The notes under the pieces are model-generated. The model ran no database searches, was not told the DNA's origin, and saw only the letters and a program-made list of their open reading frames with translations. The translations under genes and the position numbers were made by a program. From Heptranchias perlo (taxonomy: Eukaryota): DNA of 64,000 nucleotides. Where the stretch lies: positions 21,142,001-21,206,000 of the forward strand of contig NC_090362.1 in assembly GCF_035084215.1 (NCBI RefSeq), written 5' to 3'. This document shows positions 40,020 to 51,109 of the stretch, one piece after another (the stretch's first letter is position 1; each line of letters opens with the position of its first letter).

Positions 40020-41351
40020 TTCACCTGCAGTGCTGTGCCATGAAAAGTGGTGATGTCACCAACTCCCAAAGCTTCGCCTGCATCCTCTGTGGCAGCAGTT
40101 TCGGAATCAGGAAACTTTCTTCTCAATTTTCTGTGACAAACTATATAGCCACGTCTTCCTGTCTGAAAAATAGGTTATGGAGGTGAAGACTCAGCCAGGT
40201 ATTCAGTATGTTCAATACGTAAATCATCGAGGAGCTTGAGGGCTCTCTCTAGGTCCGAGATTTACGGTTCTAGATGACCTAGCCGTGATCTCAAACATAT
40301 CTGGGACTCTTCCCTTTCTTTTTCTCTCTTGGAATTAAAATATTACAATGTGGCCTCCACTCTTGAAGCCCATCCTCACTCCCCTTCTCCACATGCTGAT
40401 TGATGAGTGGACTTTCCATGTCCACCTCTGTACTGATGCAATCGGAGAATTACTGACACAATTTCAATGCATTCTCAGAGCCCCTCAAATGCATTACTCT
40501 TTTAACTTCCATTATTTATCTAGTATTCTTTAGTTGCTAATCGCCACGCACATTAACAGCATAAAGGCAGGAATAAAAGTGTGGTTTCCACTGAAAGGAG
40601 ACTTCTGGGACAGGTTCCAGTAGAGAATTTAAATCTTCTCATTGAAATTCAAGTTTACCAGAATACAACTGCTAACATTTCACTGTCAGCTTCTCTTATT
40701 TAATATTTGGCAAGTCAATGACATGTAATGTTAGGGAGGTCACACACTTAACCAATAATGGTCACACATATGCGCTGTCTTACTAAATTAAGGACAAGAT
40801 GGATGATTGACAAATGAACCTGAAGGTTGAATCTGTCATTCCTTCAATTTAACCTCAGTCTGACAAGGCCAGAGCAAATACAGTGCATGGCATTCTCGCT
40901 ATTTAATCATATCTTAAAGGTGATTTTATAATCCTTCTGTATTTTTAGCCTTGTTTAAGACGACACTTTTTATTGGACTGACAGAAATGTAAACGCTATT
41001 TTCAGAATTCAATAAATGAAGCAAAATCACAATATTGATTGTCAGACGTCGAGCTGTTGTGCAACTCCTTCTGTTGCAAATTAACTGATTAACTGCATCC
41101 AACTATTAAAGTCCAGGTCGCCTCAACTGTATTCAATAGAAATTGAAGATATTCTTTGGTTAATCAGCCACTGACACAAGTGTGACCGAATTAGGAAGAC
41201 CAGTGGGTATGTTATGATATCAATCCCCGCTATCTTACGGTAACGGGGTACAGTAATTCTATCCCACTCCTTTGCAACACACCTGCCTCATCATCCTCAA
41301 GAAGTAACAAAATATTTGTAACTACCTGAATACAAAAACAGGCTTAAATTG

Positions 41352-41458
41352 AACTGATAAAACATTCTGATGCAGAGTCACATTTAAAACATTAACTGAT
41401 CTCTCTCTCCCAGATATTGCCGGACCTGCTGAACACTTCCATTGTTTTCTGTGTTTGT
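41352..41458 (+). mobile_element. Penelope-like terminal remnant flanked by a 15-bp direct repeat
   Basis: ctgatgcagagtcac...aaacattaac...cagatattgccggacctgctgaacacttcc; AACAGGCTTAAATTG at 41337-41351 and 41459-41473. Confidence 0.6.
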
Positions 41459-41777
41459 AACAGGCTTAAATTGCTCTAAAGTTCGAACAGGTGAAAGATA
41501 TCCCTTTCCCCCTTCCCACCACCCAAGCAAAATTATCCATCCAAAACTTCCAAACGAGTCTTCCCGATATCCTGTGGAATCATTGAACGGCTTCCTTCCA
41601 ATCCCGACACAGCAGAATTAATCAACGGCTATTTCAAACTCTTCAGAACTCCTTGAAGCACCAATCAATCGTTGGAGGGGATGACTTGAAAGTTATGCTG
41701 TTTAACAATTTTCTATTATATTTCAAAGCAGCGCAGGCTTCAAATGGCCAAGCTGGCGGCAGTGAAGTGGGACTGAC

Positions 41778-42074
41778 CTGTAATGGTTGCTGAGGCCTGG
41801 GACTCCTCGTCCAGTAGTTCATTCCTCACCATACAGCTGTACGTGCTGTTGGGCTCCAGCATCACTCGGATCATGCTGCTGACATCAAACAGGCCCTCTT
41901 CATTAGCCACTTGTGACGTGGTGACGTTCTCCGTGATGTTGCTTCCTTTCCCATCATGCCACTGGACTGTGGCCTGCGGATACCCTCCAGAAGAATGGCA
42001 AGTGATGACTACCTTGTCGCCAGGCTTCAGGTTTTTGTTGGGTTCTAAGTGCAGGTTGGGCTTGGAGTAAGAAG
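41778..42074 (-). CDS. CD276: CD276 (B7-H3) IgC-domain exon (not in ORF track)
   Basis: Acceptor ttgtttcag|CT, donor ACAG|gtcagt; 297 nt, phase 1-1, in frame with the IgV exon. Translates [100 protein letters not shown], matching human [20 protein letters not shown]...NVTTSQMANEQGLFDV...TYSCLVRN. Confidence 0.95.
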
Positions 42075-42699
42075 CTGAAACAATACGAGTATTAGAATAT
42101 CAGCAATGTGAACACAGTCCCAAAATGCGAGCGTGGTTTTCTCCATGAGAATATTACAACTCCACCAATATCTTTGCATAGAAGCTTCCAAACTGCAGCC
42201 TTTGCGACACATACAAACCTCATGCCCTGCTAATCCCCTTCCTGAAGCCCAGACAACTCAATCCGATTTTCACTTTAATTCTTATTTGCTGGTTTGTCCT
42301 GTTTCAATGTTGGGGGCCTAGAGGTTCGAAAAGGGGCTATTTTTAATCCTTTTGCCCAATTGGTAAGATACATCCCAAATTAGTACATTAAGGTCTGTTA
42401 GCAAATTGAACTAACTGGAAAACTAATGGGAACATGGATTTAAATGTTATTCTTATTTTTTTCAACCTTCAGACGAGCACAGAATCCACTCGGGGAGTTT
42501 ATTTTTGAACAGCCGGGGTGGGGGAGTGGTCGAGTGAGGAAGGAAGTGGGGGATGGTGGAAGAGTCAGGGTCACGCAAATCAGAGTATGACCTTCAAATA
42601 CCTGCCGGAAAATTGGCAACTACCATGTCTTTGGTTGCTCCTTCTCATATACCTGAAAAGGCAAGGCTTCAGCTCTAATACAGGATGGCCCCAAAATAG

Positions 42700-43090
42700 A
42701 AACATCCTGCATTCATATAGCATCTTTAACCTAGTAAAATGTCCCAAGGTGCTTCACAGGACTATAATCAGACAAAGACCAAAGGAGACATTAGGACAGG
42801 TGACCAAAAGTTTGGTCAAAGAGATAGGTTTTTTTTTTTAAGAAGCAGCTTAAAAAGGAGAGAGGAGTGGAGGAGGAGAGAGGCTTAAGGAGGGGATTCC
42901 AGAGCTTAGGGCTTAAGACAGCTGAAGGCACGGCCGGGAATGGTGGGGTGAAGAAAGTGGGGGGATGCACAAGATAGCAGAATTGGAGAAATGCAAAGTT
43001 CTCAGAGGGTTGAAGGGCTGAAGAAGGTTGCAGAGATCGGGAGGGTGAGGCCATGGAGGGATTTGAACATGAGGATGTGAATTTTAAGTT
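42700..43090 (-). mobile_element. L2 3' end inside the CD276 IgV-IgC intron
   Basis: Homologous to 28891-29222. Confidence 0.8.
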
Positions 43091-43718
43091 TGAGGCATGG
43101 AATATAATGGCCTGGAAATTCAAACGTGCACGGGGAGTGCCGAGGAACCTTATCCCTCAAGCGTGCAACACGATTGTGCCAATGCGTACAACCATGTCAA
43201 CAATTCACCAGGGAAGATTTTCTCCAATTGCTGGGTTAGTGACCAGAGGGAATCAAAGCAGGAAGGCTTCCAAAGGTAGCTATTTCTAAAAGAACATGTT
43301 TGCGGTTTGATTAATGACCAGAGGGAATCTTCCCCCTGCACTTACAATGTCACTAGCACATGGTGATCAGGAGAAATCTTCCTTAGGGGTCTCATTTATA
43401 CTCCTCAAAATGCCCTGTAAACAAAATATACAACCGCAGCAGCAAGGTAAAATTCTGAAGACTTTATAAACCATTATGACATGGCTATATAAATTCTATA
43501 CCAAAAAGAATTCAAGTACAGTAAAACATCAATCAGATTAATTCTTCAAAGCTCACCTCTCCTCTGCCCCCTCCCCCAACTAGAAGTAGAGTTGCCCAGG
43601 TGACAAATTACCAGTAAAACGGGCAACACCATTGGCTGAAGATTGTATCTAGGGTTCATGCATATAAAGGACGCTGCTGATTGGCCAGGAATAACTAACA
43701 AATGACAGCCTGTGGTAC

Positions 43719-44069
43719 CTGCCAGTTGAAGCATGATGGGAGCATTCATGTGGTCTTTAATTCGAACAAAGCAGGTGAAGCTGCCCTCATCCTCGATCTT
43801 CACGTGCCTCAAAAGTAAGGAGGCGTTTCCTTTTCCCAACTCCTCGAGGAAGAGCTCCGTCCTGTTCGCAAAGCTGTCCGCCTGATCGGCCTGCAGGTCC
43901 TGTTGATGTGAATAGCTGTGGACTACTTTCCGAGTCTCGGTGAGATGCCAAATGACACTGAGGTCAAAGAGGGAAAAATTGGTATCTGTGGTGAAAGAAC
44001 AGTTCAGGATGACGTCTTCTCCAAATATGGCAACTACGGGGACCTCTGGCACTTGGATTTCCAAAGCTC
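43719..44069 (-). CDS. CD276: CD276 (B7-H3) IgV-domain exon
   Basis: Acceptor tttcttttcag|GA, donor GCAG|gtacca; 351 nt, phase 1-1. Translates (G)ALEIQVPEVPVVAIFGEDVILNCSF...IWHLTETRKVVHSY...FANRTELFLEELGKGNASLLLRHVKIEDEGSFTCFVRIKDHMNAPIMLQLA. This is colinear with human B7-H3 ALEVQVPEDPVVAL...IWQLTDTKQLVHSF...ANRTALF...GNASLRL...DEGSFTCFV. Confidence 0.95.
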
Positions 44070-44174
44070 CTGAAAAGAAATCAAATAAATAAGCTTGCGA
44101 ATTCTAAATGTTTTGCATCTGTAATGTCATCCATCCACTGCCCTTAATTATAACAGTTCATGGAGCTCACTCAC

Positions 44175-44265
44175 CGCAACCCAATGCTGGCAATTTCTTC
44201 ACAGAGAAGGTATAAGTAAATAAGATGCCAATTATTAATTTAATAGTCACCAGGCTTGGTATCAT
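44175..44265 (-). CDS. Candidate signal-peptide exon of CD276
   Basis: ACAATG start, MIPSLVTIKLIIGILFTYTFSVKKLPALGC, then a phase-1 donor TGCG|gtgagt that splices in frame to the IgV exon across a 105-nt intron. The hydrophobic core is plausible, but KK near the cleavage site is atypical and there is no homology support. Confidence 0.3.
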
Positions 44266-44769
44266 TGTATTAAGAGGGAGATAACACCCTCACCAGTGCC
44301 CATAGCACTGCTGCAGTGACTCACATCATTGGGTGCTGAGACCTGAGGCCTCCTGAGCATCCAATGTGTAGAGTGCATCACGACACACACCAGAAGTGTC
44401 ACTGACACAGAGAGCCTCTACGTTAATCGTGCACAAGACTCATTAAGGAGCTGAAAAATATTGAAGAGGCATTGTATGGGAGGCTCGTTCTTTCATATTG
44501 GGCCTTAGTGTTTAAAATGATTGGCTGTCAGTAGGTGCTGTGTATTTTTCCAAACTATTTCAGTGCTGCTTTGTTATTATGCTATTTAACTATTCTACCA
44601 GAAACAAGCTTACTGTCATCTTCATAAAGCTGCACCCCGTCTGCTAGCTCTGCTAGTTTCTCCAAGCATAATAATGTGTGCTGCCTATATGGATATCCTG
44701 CTCTGCAGTCACAGGTTGTGCAGGATGACGATCAAAGTCAACATGCCAGAGAGGTGTGTTTGCACCTTA

Positions 44770-45140
44770 GTGCCAGCTGTGGCTCAGTTAGCAGCACTCG
44801 CACCTCTGAGTCAGAAGGTCATGGGCTCAAGTCCCACTCCAGAGACTTGGGAACAAAATCTAGGCTGACACCCCAGTACAGTAACTGAGGGAGTGCTGCA
44901 CTATCGGAGGTACTGAGGACCTGTACGCCCTGGATGTAAAAGATCCCACTATTTGGAAGAGAAGGGAAAACAGATTATCCGGTCATTATCAGGTTGCTGT
45001 TTGTGGGATCTCGCTGTGCGCAAATTGACTGCCACGTTCCCTACATTACAAGTGATTATACCAAGTACTTCATTGGCTGTAAAGCACCTTAGGACAGACT
45101 GAGGTCGGAAAAGGTGCTATATAAATGCAAGTCTTTCTTT
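44770..45140 (+). mobile_element. Deu-domain SINE with internal deletions
   Basis: Head gtggctcagtt...gtcccactccagagac and tail tataaatgcaagtctttcttt. Confidence 0.8.
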
Positions 45141-45409
45141 AGATTCGTAATTAGGACCTGTCCCCAGGAGAACGTTTCCAACACAGAGTAAGTTATCAGC
45201 AGAGTTTGCACAGACATTTGTCATTCGAAATGCAGACCTCAACAGATTCACCACAATGCTCGCATTCCCCTTTGGCTCTGCCTGCTGGCAAATGCCCATC
45301 AGTGCTCCCATTCAGCACAGGTTTTTAAAACCATCTCCCTTTACCTTAAGCACCAATTGCAGCCACAATGTGTCTACCCATGGGTTTCCCCAATCTACCC
45401 ACCTTAGCC

Positions 45410-45722
45410 CCCTATCCCATAATGCCTTTGGTTAACAAAAATCTATCAATCTCAGATTTAAAATTAACAATTGAGCTAGTGTCAACTTCCGTTTGCGGAA
45501 GAAAGTTTCAAACTTCTCCCACCCTTTGTGTGTAGAAGTATTTCCTGACTTCACTCCTGAAAGTCCTGGCTCTAATTTTTAGGCCACGTCCCCTCGTCCT
45601 CGACTCCCCAACCAGCGGAAATAGTTGCTCTCTATCCACCCAATCAGTTCCCCTTAATATCTTGAAAACTTTGATCAAATCACCCCTTAATCTTCTCAAT
45701 TCCAGGGAATAGAACCCCGGTT
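45410..45722 (-). mobile_element. CR1 fragment
   Basis: GFYSLELRRLRGDLIKVFKILRG...TRGRGLKIR; same subfamily as 36225-37794. Confidence 0.85.
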
Positions 45723-46339
45723 TATTACCACAGTCAATCATTCTGCTCCAGTGTAAGGTGTAAGAATATGGTGAGGGATTGCTTGGTTACTGGTTCATAC
45801 AGCTGTTTTTTTGTCAGTGTATTAAAGGCTTTTCCCTCCATTTCTAAATCCCTATCGAGTTAAATTCAACATTATTTTCAATGTTATGGGGCTATGAAAG
45901 GCACAGAAGCATGACCTTTGACCTTACCACAGGACAAATCTTATCCGGGCTTAGTACTCAGTAAAAACAGAAAGGAAAGGTCCAGTCATCGTTAAAGGGC
46001 CATCTGCATTTCTACACTGTTAAAAATCAAACCTCTTCCCCTTGAAGGCTGGATAGGAAAACGCACCGTTCGGTGGGACTGAGCCTTACAGTCGCACATT
46101 CCAACTCTCGTTCTCCCCTGATTGATCTTAACAAGGCAGTGATGGAGGGGTTTATCCTCAGCCCCAGAACTGGACAGGGTTGCTCCCCCTCCTGATCGCC
46201 AAGCTACTGCTGTGAAGTGCACTCACACAGATGTTAAACAAGGGGACACTCACAGGCCGCGATGTCTCCTCAAAGAGGAACAGGTCTTCTATCTGTCATT
46301 GCCTGGGCTCATAAACGAAGAAAGGCTACTTGAGTAATA

Positions 46340-46563
46340 CGAACATATGAACAAAGACAGACAGGATAAGCCCCTCTGGTCCATCCACGATTGTGATACC
46401 TTGTGCACCCCCCACATGTACACTCCTCCCAAAACCATGTGATCTCCTGGGAGAGGAGAGAAAAGATAAAAATCCAGGCCAATTTGGGAGGAAATAAAAT
46501 CTGGGAAATTCCTCTCCGACCGCTTAGGCGATCGAAACTAATCCAGGAGATCATTCTGGCCCT
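46340..46563 (-). mobile_element. Old CR1-type long 3' UTR
   Basis: Reverse-complement relative of 19762-19985. Confidence 0.6.
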
Positions 46564-47089
46564 GATAATATTCTGAGCAGCTTCATGGTCGAAGCAGTAA
46601 AGTGCATTTCAGGCTATTAAATACAGCCAGTCACTTACAGGTGACTTTTAAAAAGAAAACATGTACCATCAAATATCAATGCTGATCACAAAGACAGACA
46701 ACTCAGGAGCAGTCATGGAGTGCGTTCCTACATCAAGCAATGGTGCCACTGACAAAGAACTTGCATCTCTGCCCTCACTCTGATCAGCCTCTGTCCTGTG
46801 CATTTGGACCATGTTCTGCTTTCTCCCTTCTTGAGAGAGACACCAGCTAGTTTAATTATTAATGAAGACAAAAGCACTCACCCCAACATGAATTCATTTC
46901 AGCTTCCAATGTCCTGACAAAAACAGCTTTCACCGCCTACATTTTTCATAAAGCTTGGACTTTCAGCCGACAACATGACCTGATAGGTCTCCAGCAGGCA
47001 ATCTGACTGCAGACACTGACAGTAAGTGGTGAGCATTTTCAATAAATAAATGACAAACAACAAAGAGACACTGAAACTCTATTGACAGA

Positions 47090-47415
47090 CGTCCCACCCC
47101 AGGGACATGAGCACAAAATCCAGGCTGACACTCCAGTGCAGTACTGTGGGAGTGCAGTACTGTTAGAGGTGAGTGAGACATTAAACCGAGTACTCTCAGG
47201 TGGACATAAAAAGATCCCATGGCACTATTTTGAGAATATTTATTCCTCAACCAACATCACTGAAAACAGATTATCTGGTCATTATCACATCGCTCCTTGT
47301 GGGAGCTTGTACATTACAACAGTGACTACATTTCAAAAGCACTTCATTGGCTGTAGAACGCTTTGGGACGTCCTGAGGTCATGAAAGGTGCTACATAAAT
47401 GCAAGTCTTTCTTTC
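47090..47415 (+). mobile_element. Deu-domain SINE with internal deletions
   Basis: gagcacaaaatccaggctgacactccagtgcagtact...tail. Confidence 0.8.
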
Positions 47416-50400
47416 TTTTGGGCACCAACATACCCAAGTCTTGTTAAGTTTTTGTCAGGAGCCACAATGGTAAGAGGCGTGGTGTTTGACGGCCCCTCCG
47501 AGGTACAGTGCAGCAGAGAGATAACCTGCAGATCGCTGCCAGCATTTCCCACACAGTAAACTTCTGGTTTCACCCCCAGCAGTTGCCAAGTGGAGATCAG
47601 GGAAGTTATTCATAGACTGGGGGGCAAGGAGAAGGCACCTGTAGGATTGACACAAGGGTAGATTATGTGACCTTGTATTCCTGGGCCAGGTCTTTGGATG
47701 CCATAAGTGCATATTAGGAATTTGGGTGCAGGCCTGTCATCCCTGCAAGATTTTCCGTCCATTCGAGACACAAACTCCTGTGAGGCTCAAGTTCCTAATA
47801 CGCACTCCTGGTGCAAATTCATCAAATCTACCCGATCATTTTATTAAAACTTAGGGAGGGAAACATTGCTGAATTCCACCTTTAGCTGTCCCGAGAGGAT
47901 CAGAAACATTGGGGCCAATTAGTGCTCTCGTCGCGGAGCTTCACCTGCCAGGAGCGCTGTTGGGAATATCGGGAGTGGAGGCGCACACGCTGGTTTTGCA
48001 GCCAGACATGGTGTGTGTACGATTCATAGATCAGTTACATTCCTTGCAGGGGAATCCACAGATCTAAGTGGAGAAAGCAGGTGAGAATGGGGACAGACTG
48101 ATCGTTTAGATAGGGGTTGTGACTAGAGATGGCCAAAATGTCAAGAATCATGTGTAGTGCACAAAAAGGGTTGTCTAGGTACAGGGCTATGCTATGTAAG
48201 TTCCAATGCCCCAGAGTAAAGGGTCTACCTTCTCAGATAGACATTGATTAATACTGATTATTTTCCATAGAACTATCAAGGTTCTCAGCTATTCAGCCCA
48301 TTGTGTTCATGCTAGCTCTTACAGCAATGCAAAACTAATCCTTGCTCTCTCCCCCCATAGCTTTGTATCTCATCTGATCCAAATGCTCATCTATCTTTCC
48401 ATTTAAGATGTGCAACGGTCTTTGCCTCACACACTGAGAAAAGCAATCCATGCTCTAAACAGCTCTCTGGCTAAAGAAATTTCTCCTCATTTGGATGGAA
48501 AAGAAAATATTCAGTATTTGTTTGCTTATCGTGTACAGGGAAATTTGAAACACAAACATCAGTAAAATGAAATATACTCAAGATAAAAGTCTCAATTTTT
48601 GCTTATCTGTTTTACAGAAATAAACATAAAATCTGAAATAGTCATGTTTCAAAACTTATGCTATGCTTTAACAAGTTTTTGAAACCAATACATTTCACTG
48701 TGTAAACAGAGCAAACATTCAGTTAAACTCCATCTACACAGAACAATGTACCTTATTTTCAGCTCTTTATCCCACCTGTGATTACTTCGGAAATCCTGTA
48801 AAATTCATAAGGATATGACATTTAAATGGCACATTTTCCAGCTCGTTATCAGAGGAGGTTCTGTGCTCCTCACCGGTCACCACTGCAAGTGCAGATTTCC
48901 GAAAATCAGCAGAGCTTTTATTCCCATCACATTTGGATGTGTGATGAAAGGGCCACGGAGTAATTATTGACCATCAAAAGTACTCAATCAATGCGAGGCT
49001 TTTATCAATAAGGCTAATCATGTACTGGGACACAGTTCGAGGCCATTTGTCCAAGTCAAAACAAGTTGTTCTGGCAGATCATCACCGAGGCCACGAGCCG
49101 CTAGGATTGGGTGATAAAGGCAGAGCACGGCCATGTTTCAAACAGGAAAAAAACTCTGTACTTCTTTTTTAAAAAACAGACCATTATGATTTAAAAACTG
49201 ACTTTGGATAATTATATTCTCAAGAGTTCTTTTGTTTTTGTGGGGAATGTGTCTATTAACACCACTGTATCAGCCAATGAGTAGGAGGTGGGGAGGCTTC
49301 CAGCAAGATTCACAGCAAACTGTCTATTTACTCAGCAAACAGCAAAGCAAAGTTTATTTACAGAGTCTATTTTTAAAAAGTCTGCAACCAACAGAACTCA
49401 TGACGAAAACTGCAGCAACATCTCCCGATAAAAGCAGGGTGATTTCTCCAGCAAAATGCAGTGAGTGGAGGATATTTCCATCATACAAACTATATGTGTA
49501 AAATCAATCCCAGTCACTTACAGCAGTGCGGTCTCCTGGTGTGATTGATGGGGGAATTACCCAATCATCTCCATTCTGGCCGGGAATAGTGGTGTCACAA
49601 TATGCAGCTGAAAGTGTCCAAAGTTGAGAGAGATAACTAGTAGTTTTGTGGGGAGGCAGCCAGAATATAATCAGGTCACGGTTGTTTGGGTAGTCCCCTG
49701 TGTTTTTATAATGTTAATGCATGCGGAGTTGCAGACTCACCAGGCAGTGGATATGTTCCGACGTAGCCAAGTGCAAGAACAAACGAGTTAGTGGACAGCC
49801 AACAGTCTGCTGCTCACACCTTATCTGCTTGAGTGGTAGAAATGATTAATATTCTGATTATCAGGCGAGTGATGAAAGAAGCCAGTCTCCTTTTCAAAGA
49901 AAGGCAAGAGTATGGCGGTGATTTCACATTACCCAGCTCCTAGTGGGAACTACACTCACAGTGTTGCTGCCCTCTGTCCAACCAGCCCTCTCTTGTGAGC
50001 GATACTTCCCCACTGGGATTACATGATTGCAGAATTATCCCTGATATCTGGGCAGGATTTTAAGTCCCCTGTTTTGACTGTCTGTTACCAGCAGAGGCTG
50101 CCTAAAGGGGTTCCATTGGTATCTTTTCCAGGTAATTCATTATAGACCCGCTTTAACCATTCTGGAAAGAACTCGAATGATTTTGGACTCTTTTTTGATT
50201 TTGGAACAGTTTGTTATCGAGTTGATAAATACTATTATTATTTTTTTGCAGCCTACCTTCTGCTTCTGTATAATCACTTCAATTATAAATAAATGCCACT
50301 ATTAGTTTTAATCTGAAATATGATCTAACTGTGAGATATTCACTGCCTTTCAAAGTGAACAGTAGATTCCAGTGGGCAGCCATATAGTCTCTGGTGAAAA

Positions 50401-51109
50401 ATAGTGTGATAGAAAAGTCAGTATTAGCCCTGGGGCAATCTCAATCACGTCAGGCATAACATTGCAAGTTTCATGTGTGATATGGGTCTAATAATGGAAA
50501 ATGTCTTTTGTTGTTGTGAACACGTTAATGGTTTTGGGAAGGAGCCCCAAAGTGTAATAGATGGTGCCTGAATTTAAGAATCCAATCACCAAGAGGGAAT
50601 AACACAAGTTTACATATTTTCACTGGAGTAAAGTAGATTGAGAGGAGGGGTAATCACCAATCACAAAACGCTGAGGGGAAGGACAATGTAGGTGCAAGCT
50701 GATTGGTTGACTTGGACTGTGAACACAGACCAGACAGCATGAGTGTAAAATTAACAAGCATCAAGCATGATTTAAGATGAGAATTAATTTTTCTCACAGA
50801 ACAGTGGACACCCAGCAAATCCAATTAATACTATGTTAATTAGTTCCATACAAAAAAACAGCTGGCTAAGCATCTGGTTAGAATGCAATTGAGTCCTGTA
50901 AGGGTAAGTACACTAAGTGCATTGAATGCTGTGTGGAACAGAGGGGTTCCTGAACTCCAAAAACAAGGCATGTGCCATTACTGGGAAGCAACCAGTTAGG
51001 GATGAATAATGTAGGATTCAGTGGGATCTGGTTTTTCTGATCACTGCCTACAGTGATTATGTGAAGAGAGCGTTCCGAACTATTTGGAACTCTTGCCTTG
51101 CTCGACAAG

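Noticed and set aside
43546-43718. C-terminal extension of the 172-aa IgV ORF
   Set aside because: It is intron read-through past the donor at 43718; homology stops at LQLAG.
48872-48927. Alternative leader exon (MGIKALLIFG...) near a gtgagg donor
   Set aside because: The ATG frame hits TGA before the donor, and the phase-1 frame has no Met.
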